DNA of 62,729 bases, from assembly GCA_048213135.1 (NCBI GenBank), contig PS015133.1, positions 2,878 through 65,606 of the forward strand, in the 5' to 3' direction. The notes below the pieces were generated by a model that saw only the letters and a program-made list of their open reading frames with translations, was not told the DNA's origin and did no database searches. The translations under genes were made by a program, and so were the position numbers. Of the stretch, positions 21,253 through 34,634 are shown in pieces. Position 1 is the first letter of the stretch. The number at the start of each line of letters is the position of its first letter. Source of the DNA: Reclinomonas americana ATCC 50394 (taxonomy: Eukaryota).

Positions 21253-23936
21253 CGTGCCGCACGCTGTTGATTCTCTGTGGAAAGTCATTGGCTGACTTTG
21301 CACTAGCGCGATGCGATGTGAGCGCAAGTTCTTTGGTTGCTTCTCATAGATGAAGAGAATGAGAGTGTGATGAATGCAGAAGTTCCTCTCGTCAGATCGT
21401 ACTGTCTCGTTATTGACGCAAGAGTCGTTGCCTTTGGAGAAGCAGTATGATCATTACGGCTGTCAGCATCGCTCTCAGAATTCAGGTCTTCTTGTGTTTG
21501 CGTTTCTTTTCAACTCATTTCGTGCTTTGACTTCTGATCCCTTGCACTTGCTCCTTGCACTCGCTGTGCTCCTTGCACTCGCTGTGCTCCTTGCTCTCGC
21601 TGTGCTCCTTGCACTCGCTGTGCTCCTTGCTCTCGCTGTGCTCCTTGCTCTCGCTGTGCTCCNNNNNNNNNNNNNNNNNNNNNNNNNNNNNNNNNNNNNN
21701 NNNNNNNNNNNNNNNNNNNNNNNNNNNNNNNNNNNNNNNNNNNNNNNNNNNNNNNNNNNNNNNNNNNNNNNNNNNNNNNNNNNNNNNNNNNNNNNNNNNN
21801 NNNNNNNNNNNNNNNNNNNNNNNNNNNNNNNNNNNNNNNNNNNNNNNNNNNNNNNNNNNNNNNNNNNNNNNNNNNNNNNNNNNNNNNNNNNNNNNNNNNN
21901 NNNNNNNNNNNNNNNNNNNNNNNNNNNNNNNTTGCTCTCGCTCTGCTCGTTGTTCTCGTTGTTCTCGTTGCTCCCGCTGTGTTCCTTGCTCTCGCCGTGC
22001 TCGTTGTTCTCGCCGTGCTCGTTGTTCTCGCCGTGCTCGTTGTTCTCGCCGTGCTCGTTGTTCTCGCCGTGCTCGTTGTTCTCGCCGTGCTCGTTGTTCT
22101 CGCTGCGATCCTTCCTCTCTCTGCTATCCTGCACTCACTCCCATGCACTCGCTGTGCTCCTTTCTCTCGCCGTGCTCCATGCTCTCGCTGTGCTCCTTTG
22201 TTGCTTACTCCCTGCTCGCCTTCTCCCTTCGCCTTCCCTTTCCCTTTCCATCCTTCTCTTTTCCCGCCCTTCCCCTTTCACCTTCCCTCACTCCTTCTCA
22301 TCCTGTAGTCCTCCACCGTCTACGGCGACGCCTCGGTCGCCTACGTCCCACCGGCGACGGCCGCGGCCTCCACGGTCCTGCCCGTGCCCACCACCCACCT
22401 GCGCTCACTCTTTGTCGGCAATATGCCGCTGGAGGCCGCCACCGAGGAGAACATGCTGGAGCTGTTTTCGTCGTTTGGCGACATTACGAACATCAAATTG
22501 CGCCCGGTGGTAGGCAAGCCCTACAAGTACGCCAAGGTCACCTTCCGTCTGCACCGAAGCGCGGAGGAGGCTCTGAATGCCACCAACGGTTTCATGTTTC
22601 ACGGGCGCGCTCTGAAGGTGGAGTGGGACAATCCGCGTGCCAAGTTGGCGGCCGCCACCACGGGCACCGGCGGTTCGACGGCAGTCGGTCCGGCCAACCC
22701 CATGGGCGCTCGTTCGATGGGCCCGCCGCCTGGATGGAGCAGCGACTCGACGTCGCTTCTGCCACCACCGTCGCCGTACTGGCCGCAGCAGTACGCGGGA
22801 GAATCACCGACGCAATATGCCCCTGCACCACAGGAAGTGGTGGTGGGCTCACGGCGTGCTCCCACCGCCACTCCGTATGTGGTGAGTGTGTCATTGTGCG
22901 CGCAGGGAAGTTGATCAGAGATGCTGACTGTTCCTCGCAGCCTGTCGGTGTCAATCCGTACTCGCGACCATCTTCTGAGTCGCTAGCCACCACCACAACA
23001 CCCACGCCGTCGCCAAATCAGTCTCCTCTACCGACTTTTGTTGGCGGTGGGGGCGCCGCCGCTGTCGCACCCGCCCCAAATCCCGCGATGCCTCCGCCCA
23101 ACAGCACCGAGTTGTATGTGGGTAATCTACGTGCCGACTCGATCACTGCCGAGGCGTTGCGCGATCGCTTCGGCCGCTTTGGCGAAATTCGCGAGATCAA
23201 CGTGCGTGTGTGTGTGGGTGTGGCGAGACGCTCTGCTGACTTTGCCGCTTATCTTACGTGTCGCCGGCACAGATCTTCAACCCGAAGCGGTCGTCGAAAA
23301 TCACCGGCGCCAAGATCACGTTCTTCCTGCGACAGGCCGCTGAGCAGGCCATGTCTGCCATGCGCAACTCCACTGCCTTTGGCGGAGAACCCATGTTGCG
23401 TCGCACTCTGTCGGCGAGAGCGCCTTGCGAATTTCGTGTGCTGATTGTGCATTTCTTCCCACAACAGCAAGGTTGAATGGTACGGCTTCACCTCTGGCAG
23501 CAGCGCTCCGCAGCCGTCGATGGAGGACGTGGTGATGGGAGGGAGAGAACAGCCGCCACCACCTATTGATGGGTGAGCAATAGATGAGAGGTCGGCGATG
23601 CGCTCGTCGGACGATCAAACTAACTCTCTGTGTGTCATGTACTTTTTTCAATCACAGCTCCAACATTGAAGAGGTGCGTGAAGCCCGTCCTCGTCTCCTC
23701 GTGTGTGTTTGACTACTCACTGGCTTCGGTGCAGACTGTCCGCGCTCTGATGGACATGGAGTTGTGCGATGATCCGCAGCGCGTTCGTGATGTTCTCATG
23801 ACAGTCGGAAACTTTGATGTGAGTTTCCCATCGCCGTCTGTCCCCCTCATAGTCTTCGCCTCACGTTCCTCTGTGTGCTTGCTCGCAGCGTGCCGTGGAC
23901 TACTTCATGCACGAGCTCACTGGCGGTGGCCGGTGA
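20036..23936 (+). CDS. NYN (LabA/DUF88 PIN-like) nuclease domain, two RRMs and a C-terminal UBA-like domain, multi-exon
   Basis: ATG at 20036 (MSTPASADSAG). NYN motifs LHIVVDGSY..VDYEAL, QKGGDVYIA and IAVVAGDGDFYP. RRM1 SLFVGNMP...FSSFGDITNIKL...GRALKVEW; RRM2 ELYVGNL...FGRFGEI...GGEPIKVEW. Terminal VRALMDMEL...VLMTVGNFDRAVDYFMH resembles UBA; TGA at 23934-23936. Confidence 0.8.
21545..22110. repeat. 18-bp unit minisatellite in an intron, split by a gap
   Basis: Units ctccttgc(a/t)ctcgctgtg before the gap and gttgttctcgccgtgctc after it. Confidence 0.85.
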
Positions 23937-24190
23937 TTTGTTAACCAGCAGTCGCTATAGCGCACTGCCGTACTGTATGTTTTTTTAACCGCCCAGCGAC
24001 GCCCGAGCAGAGCCGACGGCGAGGTGCATGCCGCCTCCCCGTTTTCACCCTTTCTGTTCGCCGTTGCTGCGGCTTCTTCTCCAGTTGCTCCACTGGCTAT
24101 CTGTACCGTACTTAGTTATGAGCAACCTTTCCACGCAAGACGTATGAATGGAAAAAACCCTAGAAAAAACATGATTCAATGCCTCGCACG

Positions 24191-27100
24191 TCATTTTTTA
24201 ATTCTAGTCGACCTTGCCGGACGAGTCAGTGGGAAGCACTCCGCTATTGATGGACACCTGCTTGTGCGACAGCGACTGCTGTTGTTTTTGTCGCTCCGAT
24301 TCGTGCATGAGTCGCAGATACCGCCCGGGTTTCCACATGGGCGGCTGGAAGCACAGGGCAAAGAATACGGTCGAGGCAGCCGTGCCAACGGCAATCACCC
24401 ATCTTGGTGGTGGAGAGAGAGAGACGGGTGTAAGAGTGGGATGGGGAGAGAGAAAGAGAGAGGCTGAGGACAACTCACAAACACGCAATCATTCTCCCCT
24501 CGTCCGTGTTGGAGAACAAATCGCCTGCCACTCGCGTGAGATGAAACGTGTGCGACATCTGTGGCGCGTGCGCACACTCTCCTCACCAACATAGCTGTAG
24601 GCAATGGAGACGAACTGCGCCACAAAGAACAGCGCCTGCGACGACAGCACGTCGGGGATGGGGAACACGATTTCGACCGTGCACTGGGACAGAAAAGAAG
24701 AGTCAGTGGCTGCATACGAAGCTCCTCCCTTGCGTCATCGCGCGCACCTCCAGCAACACCGGCTGCAGTGCGGCCAGGAAGAATCCGCAAAAGCCGCCAA
24801 AGACCAGGATCAGCACGTAGTTCTTCGCTGCAATGGCGTACACAAAGAGGAACATGCTGACGGTGGTGGCCACCATGCACACGTTGATGAGCATTTTGTA
24901 GGAGCGCGTCTTGTCGCAGATGCGTGCGATGCCGAGCATGCCCGGGATCCCGGCCTGCGGCGTTGAGAGAGAAGAGCTGGTGAGTGGGGGAGTGAGGAGG
25001 AGGAGAGGAGGAGAGGGTGATTACCATGAGGAACACAACGCCAGCCATGGTGGTGGCAATCGGTGAGAATTCCTTGTCCAGGATGGGAACGATGAAACTG
25101 CGAGGAGTGAGAGTTCTTGAGATGCTGCGAATGAATAGAAAGGGGTGTGTGTGTGTGTGTGTTGTAAGAGAGGTGGGGACGAACGTTGCCAGTACCCAGA
25201 AGCCACCTGTTGGTGGAGGGGTGAGCAAAGAAAAAAATGTGAGACACGTGGGGGGTGGAGGAATGGTCAAACCGGCCGTCATCGCAAACACAATGAGGAG
25301 GACCCAGAAACTCCACAGGCTGACCATGCGACGCAGGGGTCGCCAGATCTCGAGCTGGGTGAGGAGGAGAAGGGGGAGGGTGAGTGGAAGGGTGGAAGGG
25401 GGCAAGGAGGACGGGGGAATGGGGAAGGGGAAGGGGAAGGGGATAGGGGATAGGGGAAGGAGAAGGGGAAGGAGAAGGGGAAGGAGAAAGGGAAGGGGAA
25501 GGGGAAGAGGGAAGAGGGAAGGGGAAGGGCAAAGTGAGAAAGAGCAGTGGGTCGAGAGGGAGGAGGACAAAGGGAAGAAGGAAGGGGGAAGAAGGAGGGG
25601 GAAGAGGAAAAAGAGAATGGGAAGGAGGAAATGGAAGGAGAAGTGGACAGAAGGAGGGGAGGAGAAGGAGAGGGGCAGAAGGTAAGGAGAAGGAGGAAGG
25701 AGAAGGCGAAAGGGAAAGGGAGAAAGAGAGTGGGAAGAGAGGGTAAGGGGAACGGGAAGGGGGAGGAGGAAGAAACGCAAGATATATCTGACACACAATC
25801 ATGACGAACGGAAGCCACAGACACGCTGTCGCTGATTGCTCCAGACATCTGAAAGCGACATATGACACGAATATACGACACGGAAAGGGCGAGGAGAGAA
25901 ATGGAACATGACAAGTGTCATTGTTAACGAGGTTGCTCTCACTTCCAGCAGCTTCCATAGAACACGAATACGCGAGGTCACATGCAGACAGACACCACTG
26001 TCGACAAATGTCAACAGACGATTTCCCAGCAGCTCTTTGACATGGATAGGAAAGCACACTTTCCCCTCCATGCAGTCCCACTCGACGACCACCTCACCTC
26101 CACATCTGCGGCGGCTGTCGATGGTGGAGTTGGCGGCTGCGTGCGGAACAGTACCAACGACAGCACACTGACGGCCGACGTGGCCACGCCCACGCCCAGC
26201 AGGAGACGGAATACATCGTCGTCGGTCTGCGAAAATGCCCATGAGCCGCACAGAGTGCGTCGGTTGTGACAGGCGGAACGCAACATGGATCACAGCGGCG
26301 GCGAGTACAAATCCCAGAGTGATTCCTGCAAGTACAGCGTTGAATCATGAAAGAAAGAGAGCGTGACAGCGAGATGGCGTGCATACCGACTTGATTGAAG
26401 ACGACTCCGAAACTTGTGGCACTGCAGAGCGCAAGCGAATGAGTGCACGGACGGGGGAAACGAGTCGCAAGTGCCGCACGCACATGTTCCACTCGCTTTC
26501 CGGGAACCAGTTTGCCGTGACTTTTGTCGGCGAGGCCAACAACAGTGGCTGCACGAGTGCGACGATGCTGTTGCCGAGCAGCAGGAACATGTAGCTGTGT
26601 GAGAGAAATGGGGTCAGCGCACACGATGATGGGAAGTGAGAGGCTCACGGAAATGGCCGCGCACCCCGACGGGCCGGGATGGATGACTCGCAGCATGGCT
26701 CCGACGGCATTGCCAACGGCGGCGACCGAGACCTGTCGCACATGTAAGTGTCGACTCGAGGATAAAGAGGAGGAGGAACGAAAGAAACGCAACAGCCGCT
26801 CGCAATCTGCGTTTCACGGAGAGTGAGGATGCAAAGAACAGCAAACATGGAGACAGCGATGGAGACGCACCCGGCGACTTTCAAGATCCACACGGCAAAG
26901 ATCATGCCCGGCAGGTATAGAATGTAGAATGTGGCAGGGAGCAGATTGAGCGCCTCGTCTGCGGCAATGTGAGTGACAAGACGTGAAGCGTGATGCAGAG
27001 CGAGACGGACCACTGATCTTGTACAGGCTTTGCACGCTCTGTGATCAAGGTCAGAGACAGATTCTTCGGCGGCAGCAGACATGGGACATGCGCAACTGTG

Positions 27101-27399
27101 GCGGCTGCCGATAATGAGATCCACACCAGGGCGCTGCTGCTGGCTGTGGGGGGTGGGGGGTGAGAACAGGGAGAGGACGGGGGGAAGAGCAGGAAAGGAA
27201 CGCAACTCAAGCCGCAAAACAAGCACAGCACCACCCATCGATACGCGTACTTTCTCCACGTGGTCGGTGACGCCGCGACAGGCGCAGCAGCGGTGGAATG
27301 GCCATGTTCGTTCTGATAGTGGTGGTCGCGCAGTGCCACCGTCACGTGTGCCTCATCGTCGCCGTCGGTGTGATCGTGGTGAACGGTCACCGCGGCGGT
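24191..27399 (-). CDS. MFS transporter, SLC49/FLVCR/DIRC2-like, 5'-partial, multi-exon
   Basis: Spliced peptides WRKYAYRWVVLCLFCGLTSSSALVWISLS, KVAGLRAAVSVAAVGNAVGAMLR, LLLGNSIVALVQPLLLASPTKVTANWFPESE, LFRTQPPTPPS, LGIARICDKTRSYK and GFFLAALQPVLLE fit the 12-TM FLVCR-type pattern. Confidence 0.85.
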
Positions 27400-28094
27400 C
27401 TGCGGGATGGGAAAGGGAGGGGGGAGGGAGAGGGAGAGGGAGAGACGGAGAGGGAGAGGGAGAGGGAGAGGGAGAGGCAGAGGGAGAGGGAGAGGGAGTG
27501 GGAGAGGAGAGGAGAGGAGAGGAGAGGGAGAGGGAGAGGGAGAGGGAGAGGGAGAGGAGAGGAGAGAGAGNNNNNNNNNNNNNNNNNNNNNNNNNNNNNN
27601 NNNNNNNNNNNNNNNNNNNNNNNNNNNNNNNNNNNNNNNNNNNNNNNNNNNNNNNNNNNNNNNNNNNNNNNNNNNNNNNNNNNNNNNNNNNNNNNNNNNN
27701 NNNNNNNNNNNNNNNNNNNNNNNNNNNNNNNNNNNNNNNNNNNNNNNNNNNNNNNNNNNNNNNNNNNNNNNNNNNNNNNNNNNGGGAGAGAGAGGAGAGA
27801 GAGAGAAAGGCGTCAGCATAATTGCAAGGGGACAACTACGGCAATGGTGAGCAGATTGCCAAGTGAGAAAGAGAGGGGCCAAGGAACACTCAGAGCGGAG
27901 CAGAGAGCGTGAAGCAAAATGAGTTGGTGAAGGGAAGGAAGTGCAAGAGGAGAAGAGAAGCGATTGAGCAGACTGCTCACAGGCCGTATGGGAGCAGAAA
28001 GAGAGAGCGGGCCCTCGAGAATGGAGTGAGGGAGGGATCTGAGGAAGATAGAGCGAGAAGAGAGTTGCAATCGATGTGCATTGGCTTGGGGAGA

Positions 28095-29030
28095 GTGGAG
28101 AGTGAGAGCAGAGTGAGAGGAGTGATCAGATTATAATAAGATTGCCCACTTAGAAAGCGAGTGAAGAGAGGGGAGAAGAAGAGCGATCGCTGGAACAAGT
28201 CGATAAAGCAATCGATGCTTCGTGAGAGCAGAGTGAGCGAAGTGAGCAGAGTGCACAGAAACACGCATAGCAACACTGAGGACGAAAAGAGAGAGGAGAG
28301 AAGAAGAGGAGAGCGATCTTCGCAACTGGTGAGCGATCAAGCAAATCGCCTTTGTGAGAGCAGAGTATGAGAGCAGAGTGAGAGGCGAGTGAGAGGAGTA
28401 CACAGAAACACTCATTGCAAAACTGAGGAAGAGAAGAGAGAAGACAAGAACAGAGAGCGATCTTCGCAACTCTGGAGATCGATCAAGCAATCAATGCAAA
28501 TCGCCTCAGTGAGAGCAGAGTGTGAGAGCAGAGAGTGAGAGGAGTGAGAGGAGTGAGCAGAGTACAAGAGGAACACTCACTACGCAACAACTGAGGAAGA
28601 AAAGAGAGAGGAGAGAAGAAGAGGAGAGCGATGTTGCAGATTGTGAGCGATCAAGCAAATCGCCTTTGTGAGAGCAGAGTATGAGAGCAGAGTGAGAGGA
28701 GTGAACAGAGTACAAGAGGAACACTCACTGCGGAAGAATGAGAGAGAAGAGAAGAGGAAGACAGCGATCTTCGCAACTGGAGATCGATCAAGCAAATCGC
28801 GTTTGTGAGAGCAGAGTGCGAGAGGCGAGTGAGCAGAATACAACAGAAATCACTCACTATGCAACCACACTGAGGAAGAATGAGAGAAGAGGGAAGAGGA
28901 AGACAGCGATCTTTGCAACTGGAGATCGATCATGCAAATCGCCTTTGTGAGAGCAGAGCGTGAGAGGAGTGAGCACAGAACCACTCACTATGCAACCACA
29001 CTGAGGAAGAGCACGCGCGTGAGAGAGAGA
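28095..29030. repeat. Degenerate tandem repeat, ~140-160 bp unit, ~6 copies
   Basis: The core gcaaatcgcc(t)ttgtgagagcagag recurs near 28341, 28496, 28655, 28792 and 28934, together with gagcgatcttcgcaactgg. Confidence 0.8.
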
Positions 29031-29353
29031 AGAGAGAGTGCGATTGACAACAAAGGAACAATCGCAAATGCAATCGCCTCTTGATATCTTTCTCTCTCTC
29101 TCTCTCTAAAAAGGCGCGAGAGAGTACGCAACGCTCATGACTATTACCACTGATCGCCACCAAAACAGCAGGAAAAATGGACGGAGGAAAAGGCGATGTC
29201 ATGGTGTCCTGCGCGCATTTGTCCCAGAGCGACTTGTGACAGTGAGAGAAAGGGCGCGAATGGTGTGTGTGTGTGTGAGAGAGAGAGAGTTAGAGAGTGA
29301 GTGGCGGAGGAATGCATAAGTTGCAATGTTTTCAATGTTTTCAAAGTTTGTTT

Positions 29354-29446
<93 letters not shown>

Positions 29447-30689
29447 GACGTACGTACGTCGTTCGTTCGTCGTGTTCGTACGGTTCGTTACGTAGTTTCG
29501 GTTTTACGGTTTACGGGTTTACGGTTTAACGTTTAAACGTTTTTAAATTTTTANNNNNNNNNNNNNNNNNNNNNNNNNNNNNNNNNNNNNNNNNNNNNNN
29601 NNNNNNNNNNNNNNNNNNNNNNNNNNNNNNNNNNNNNNNNNNNNNNNNNNNNNNNNNNNNNNNNNNNNNNNNNNNNNNNNNNNNNNNNNNNNNNNNNNNN
29701 NNNNNNNNNNNNNNNNNNNNNNNNNNNNNNNNNNNNNNNNNNNNNNNNNNNNNNNNNNNNNNNNNNNNNNNNNNNNNNNNNNNNNNNNNNNNNNNNNNNN
29801 NNNNNNNNNNNNNNNNNNNNNNNNNNNNNNNNNNNNNNNNNNNNNNNNNNNNNNNNNNNNNNNNNNNNNNNNNNNNNNNNNNNNNNNNNNNNNNNNNNNN
29901 NNNNNNNNNNNNNNNNNNNNNNNNNNNNNNNNNNNNNNNNNNNNNNNNNNNNNNNNNNNNNNNNNNNNNNNNNNNNNNNNNNNNNNNNNNNNNNNNNNNN
30001 NNNNNNNNNNNNNNNNNNNNNNNNNNNNNNNNNNNNNNNNNNNNNNNNNNNNNNNNNNNNNNNNNNNNNNNNNNNNNNNNNNNNNNNNNNNNNNNNNNNN
30101 NNNNNNNNNNNNNNNNNNNNNNNNNNNNNNNNNNNNNNNNNNNNNNNNNNNNNNNNNNNNNNNNNNNNNNNNNNNNNNNNNNNNNNNNNNNNNNNNNNNN
30201 NNNNNNNNNNNNNNNNNNNNNNNNNNNNNNNNNNNNNNNNNNNNNNNNNNNNNNNNNNNNNNNNNNNNNNNNNNNNNNNNNATTACGAGTAGAGAGAGAG
30301 AGGCACGCACTTGTTTGCTGTTGCATGCGTTGTTTGTGGCAATATTTAATGTGACACAGAGTGCATTCTCTCTCACTCTCTCACACACTCTCTCACACAC
30401 TCTCTCCTTGTTCTCCTTCACGCAATGCTGCATTGCATGTCGCTTCTTTTTGATTCTATGCATGCATTGCATCACTCGACTCGAATGCACTCTCTTTGCT
30501 GCAGCACTCGTGCATTCGTCATCATGCATGATGCCTCCACTCTGCTCTCTCTCATACATACTCTCTCTCTCACTCACTCTCTCAGCTCGCTTATCTCATG
30601 CATTTGAGTTCTTTCTCAGTCACTTGACTGTTCTTTGCGCGCTCACTCATTATTCACTCACGCCACACACGCGCACACATGCACATTGC

Positions 30690-31293
30690 TCTCACGTTCT
30701 ATGCACTGCATGTGAGGCATTTCACGTCTTTGCCCACTTGTCTGCCTCAGTCACTTGTCTCTCCGTGCTCTCACTTCTTCTCTCCCTCCCACACACGCAC
30801 ATACTCATTCGTTCTCACCCAGCTCGCTCGTTGCGCTGCATTTGAGGCATGCACTCATTCTTTCTTTCTTCCCCCCCCTCCCTCTCTCTTTCTCTCACCT
30901 CTTCTCTCTCGCGCGCACGCATGCACTCGCTCGTTGCGTTGCATTTGAGGCATGCACTCATTCTTTCCTTCTTTTCCCTCTCTCTCTCTCCGTGCTCTCA
31001 CTTCTTCTCTCTCTGACACACGCACGCACACACATTCATTATTCTCACTCAGCTCGCTCGTTGCAGTGCACTTGAGGCATGCACTCAGTCACTCTCATTC
31101 ACTTGTCTCTCTGTGCTCTCACTTCTTCTCTCCCTCACACACACACATACTCCTTCGCTCTCGCTCCGCTCGCTCGTTGCACTGCATGTGAGGCATGCAC
31201 TCTCATCATTCATTTGTCTCTCTGTGCGCTCACTTCTTCTCTCCCTCTCACACATGCATACTCCTTCGTTCTCACTCGTTGCGCTGCATTTGA

Positions 31294-31300
<7 letters not shown>
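30690..31300. repeat. Degenerate tandem repeat, ~100-125 bp unit
   Basis: gctcgttgc...gaggcatgcactc recurs near 30844, 30947, 31074 and 31190. Confidence 0.75.
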
Positions 31301-31330
<30 letters not shown>

Positions 31331-31491
31331 TCTTCGCATTCCCCGCCCTTCCTGTGTCCCGACCCTTTGCACTCACCCACTCATTGTCTCGCAGTCCGAG
31401 GCACACGATGGTGACTCCTCCGCTGCTTCCGCGGTTGCGTCTCAGCCTTCCCTTCCCCACTCTATCGTGCGTTTTGTGTCTGAGATGTGCA

Positions 31492-34006
31492 ATGTCACAG
31501 GCTGCTGTGCGCGACGAATCACAGCCCGTCGTTTCGGTAACGGATGCTGCTGCCGCTGTTGTTGAGGGCAAGGAGGAGAAGGCGGAAAAGTTGCGTGTGT
31601 TGTCCTTGTGTGATTGCTGTCCCTCTCGTGCTTGCCTTTTTCTCGTCAATCTCCTCTCCCCGTGTTGTCTACCTGCACCTTGTATCTCGTATTCGCCTGC
31701 CTTTTTTCGTCAATATCCCCGTCATCGCTCTCGCCCTCCCTTTTCGCGCATTGCATGTTTAAAAGCTGCTGTGCTCTCCACCGACAATGCATGCACGGTT
31801 GCTTGCACTGTGCTCCTCTCGTCTCTCGCGCATCTCCTCGCCTTCTTTTTGCCTCTCTTTCCGCGCGTTTATTGTTTTCGACCATGTCTCACACACCTTG
31901 TATCTCGCTTTCTCCTGCTTGTCAATTCTTCCACTACCTCCACTGTCGTACGCCAAGCTCATCTTCTCTTGTGCTCGCCTACTTGCCTTGCCATCTTCTT
32001 CTCCCCCTCTTCCCCATTCTCCCTCTGCGCCCTTCTCCCTCTGCGCCCTCACCTCCTCCCCACCCCATCACAGGAAAGCCTCCAGTCCACGCCACTCCAG
32101 CAAGAGGTCTCTTTCCACCCCCTTCTCATCGCCTCTCCCCACACCACTCACCTCTCTTTACCCCCACCACAGAAGTCGCAGTCGGAGTCCCGCCAAAAGG
32201 TGCTTCCCTTCCCATCTATTCCCCCCCTCNNNNNNNNNNNNNNNNNNNNCGGTCTGTTCAACACCGCCGGCGGAGCGCCCGCATTCAGCGCCATTCAGCT
32301 TTTGCAGGCGCAGCAGCAGCTGCAAGCGCAGCAAATGCTACTGCGACAGGCGCAGCTGCTGCGCTCCATGGCGGGCGGAGCAGCTGTGGGCACCACCGGC
32401 AACCCGCTGCACCGCGTCTACATTGGCAATATGCACCCGCTCATGTCGGAGCAGGAAGTGCGGCAGGTCTTCCAGCTCTTTGGGCTGGTGGCCGGCATCA
32501 CCATGTCGCCGACAGTTGCGTTTCGGGAGTGGACTGTCACTTATCAACTTTTCATGATTGATCTCACCGCTTGAGCAGGATCCCTCAACCTACCGCCACA
32601 AGGGCTGGTGCTTTGTCGAGTACGCCACGCCCGAGGCCGCCACCGCCGCCATTCAGATTATGGATGGTTACCCGATGGGCGGGCGCAACCTGCGCGTCGG
32701 GCGGCCTAATGCCGCTGCCTCGGCGCCCAAGTTGGCAGAGACCGTGGCCACCCTCTCGGCCTCCAATCCTCGTTGCGCTCCTTTTTGCTCAGACTATCGT
32801 GCAAGTGTGTGTGTGTGATTCTCACGCGTGTTTTATGTGCGCAGCCACTCCACCCTTTGACTTGCTGGCCACGGTGGCGGAGCCGATCTCACAACGCCTC
32901 GCACTCAGTTGCGCACCGACTGCTATCTTCTTGAACGATCGTCCTGCGCTCATGTGTTCATGTCGTCTGCACAGTTCCCGATTCGGCGGCGCCGGACGTG
33001 TTGAACCCGCGCGCACATCTGTATGTTGGATCGATTGTGTGGACCATTGGCGAGCCGGAGCTGCGCACGCTGTTCTCGCAGTTTGGCAACATTCGAGCCA
33101 TTCAGCTGTCGGTGAGTTGTGTTGCGCATGTGCGGTGGATGACTGTGCGTTGACCAATGTGCATGTGAACACAGCACAATCCAGAGACCAAGACGCACAA
33201 GGGATACGCGTGAGTGCTCAACAATCACCCCGCATCATGTGTTCGTGACTGCTAACTTCTCTCCCCTCGCCGCAGCTTTGTCGAGTACGAGTCGGAGGAG
33301 GCCGCACAAATGGCCATTGCCACTCTGAATGGCATGTCGCTCGGCGGTCGCCAGTTGAAGGTGAAATGCTTCGGCAGGATTGCGTACTGACTGATCGCTC
33401 GTCTGACCGATTCCACTGCAGGTCGGTCTGCCCAAGCAAACTGCGCCGACGCCCAACAACCCGTCGGAGGAGCCCACTGGCGGTGTCAATGTTTCGTTGA
33501 TGGAGCGAGAGAGTGTGCCCTTTCCAATGCTGACAATGCTTTGCAGGTGATTCGGCGTCTGCTGATTCTGCGCAACATGCTGTCGTGGGACGACGACGAC
33601 AGTGATTTGGAGTCGGAGGTGCTGAGCGAGGCCGTCAAATTTGGCGCGGTGGTTCGTTGACAGCGAAATGCATTCTTCTTACACTGGTAAGTTTCTCGCT
33701 TACTTTTGCCATCGCTGTGCCAGCTTTCGCTGCAGGTGGTGCGCATCCCGAACGGCGTCGGCGGCGGTCGAGTGGAGGTGTGGGTGTTGTACCAGTCGCC
33801 CACCAGTGCGTACACGTGGATTCTCGTTGGTGTTTTGCCTGCGGCTCACTTGCTTGTCTTTCTTTGCCCCTGCAGGCGCCGGTTCTGCGCAACAAGTCAT
33901 GCACGGACGCGTGTTTGGTGGTCACAAAGTCGTGGCCACACTGGTGCCGGAGGCGTCGACGGCCACGCAAGGTGCGGGAGGGGGGAAGTTTGGGGAAGGG
34001 AGGTAG
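31492..34006 (+). CDS. PUF60: PUF60-like (poly(U)-binding splicing factor) protein: RS stretch, two RRMs and a C-terminal UHM, multi-exon
   Basis: Spliced: RSRSRSPAK; RRM1 RVYIGNMH...ITMSPT|DPSTYRHKGWCFVEYATPEAATAAIQIMDGYPMGGRNLRVGRP; RRM2 LYVGSI...ETKTHKGYAFVEY...GGRQLKVG; UHM LLILRNML...DLESEVLSEAVKFGAV...MHGRVFGGHKVVA. RBM39 is the alternative assignment. Confidence 0.75.
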
Positions 34007-34634
34007 GGAGAGGGGCAGAGAAGGGGAAAAGGAGATATGTTATAGGAGGCTCCCTTCTGTCTTCTCATACAAAACACGTAAACACGTGTTAATAGAGAAG
34101 GTGACAGAGAGAGAGAGAGGAGGGAGAGCGGACGGGGAGAAGAGACACAGCGATGAAGCAGAGAACTCCGTTCGCTTTTGTTTTCTTGTTCCGCGTCGCT
34201 GTGCAAGACAGCGAGGTGATTGAAAGAAACAATGCTGTTCTTATTTCTCTCGCTTGATGTGTGTTTGTGTGTGCGCGCGCGTGTGTGTGTGTGCGTGCGA
34301 AGAAGAGATGCGACTGAACGCACATATTTGCCTGCGCCCTTTCTGCATTCACGCAGCTCCTGCAGAGAGAAAGAAAGAGAGAGAGAGAGAGCGAGAGAGA
34401 GCGAGAGAGAGAGAGAGAGAAAGAAGTCGCGCGGTTAGAGGGAGTCGGCAATGCTCTTCTGCCACTGTTCATCTCTTCCCTCATCACTGTGTGCTTATGG
34501 TGTCGATGAATGATACTCTTCCTTCCCTGTTTTCTCTCCCTTGCCAAAGCGATAAGCTGCGCGCCTCAGTCTCGATTTTCTCTCTGTCTTTGCCTTCGAG
34601 GAGTCCGTGAGAGCACAGAGCTGTTTCCACACGT

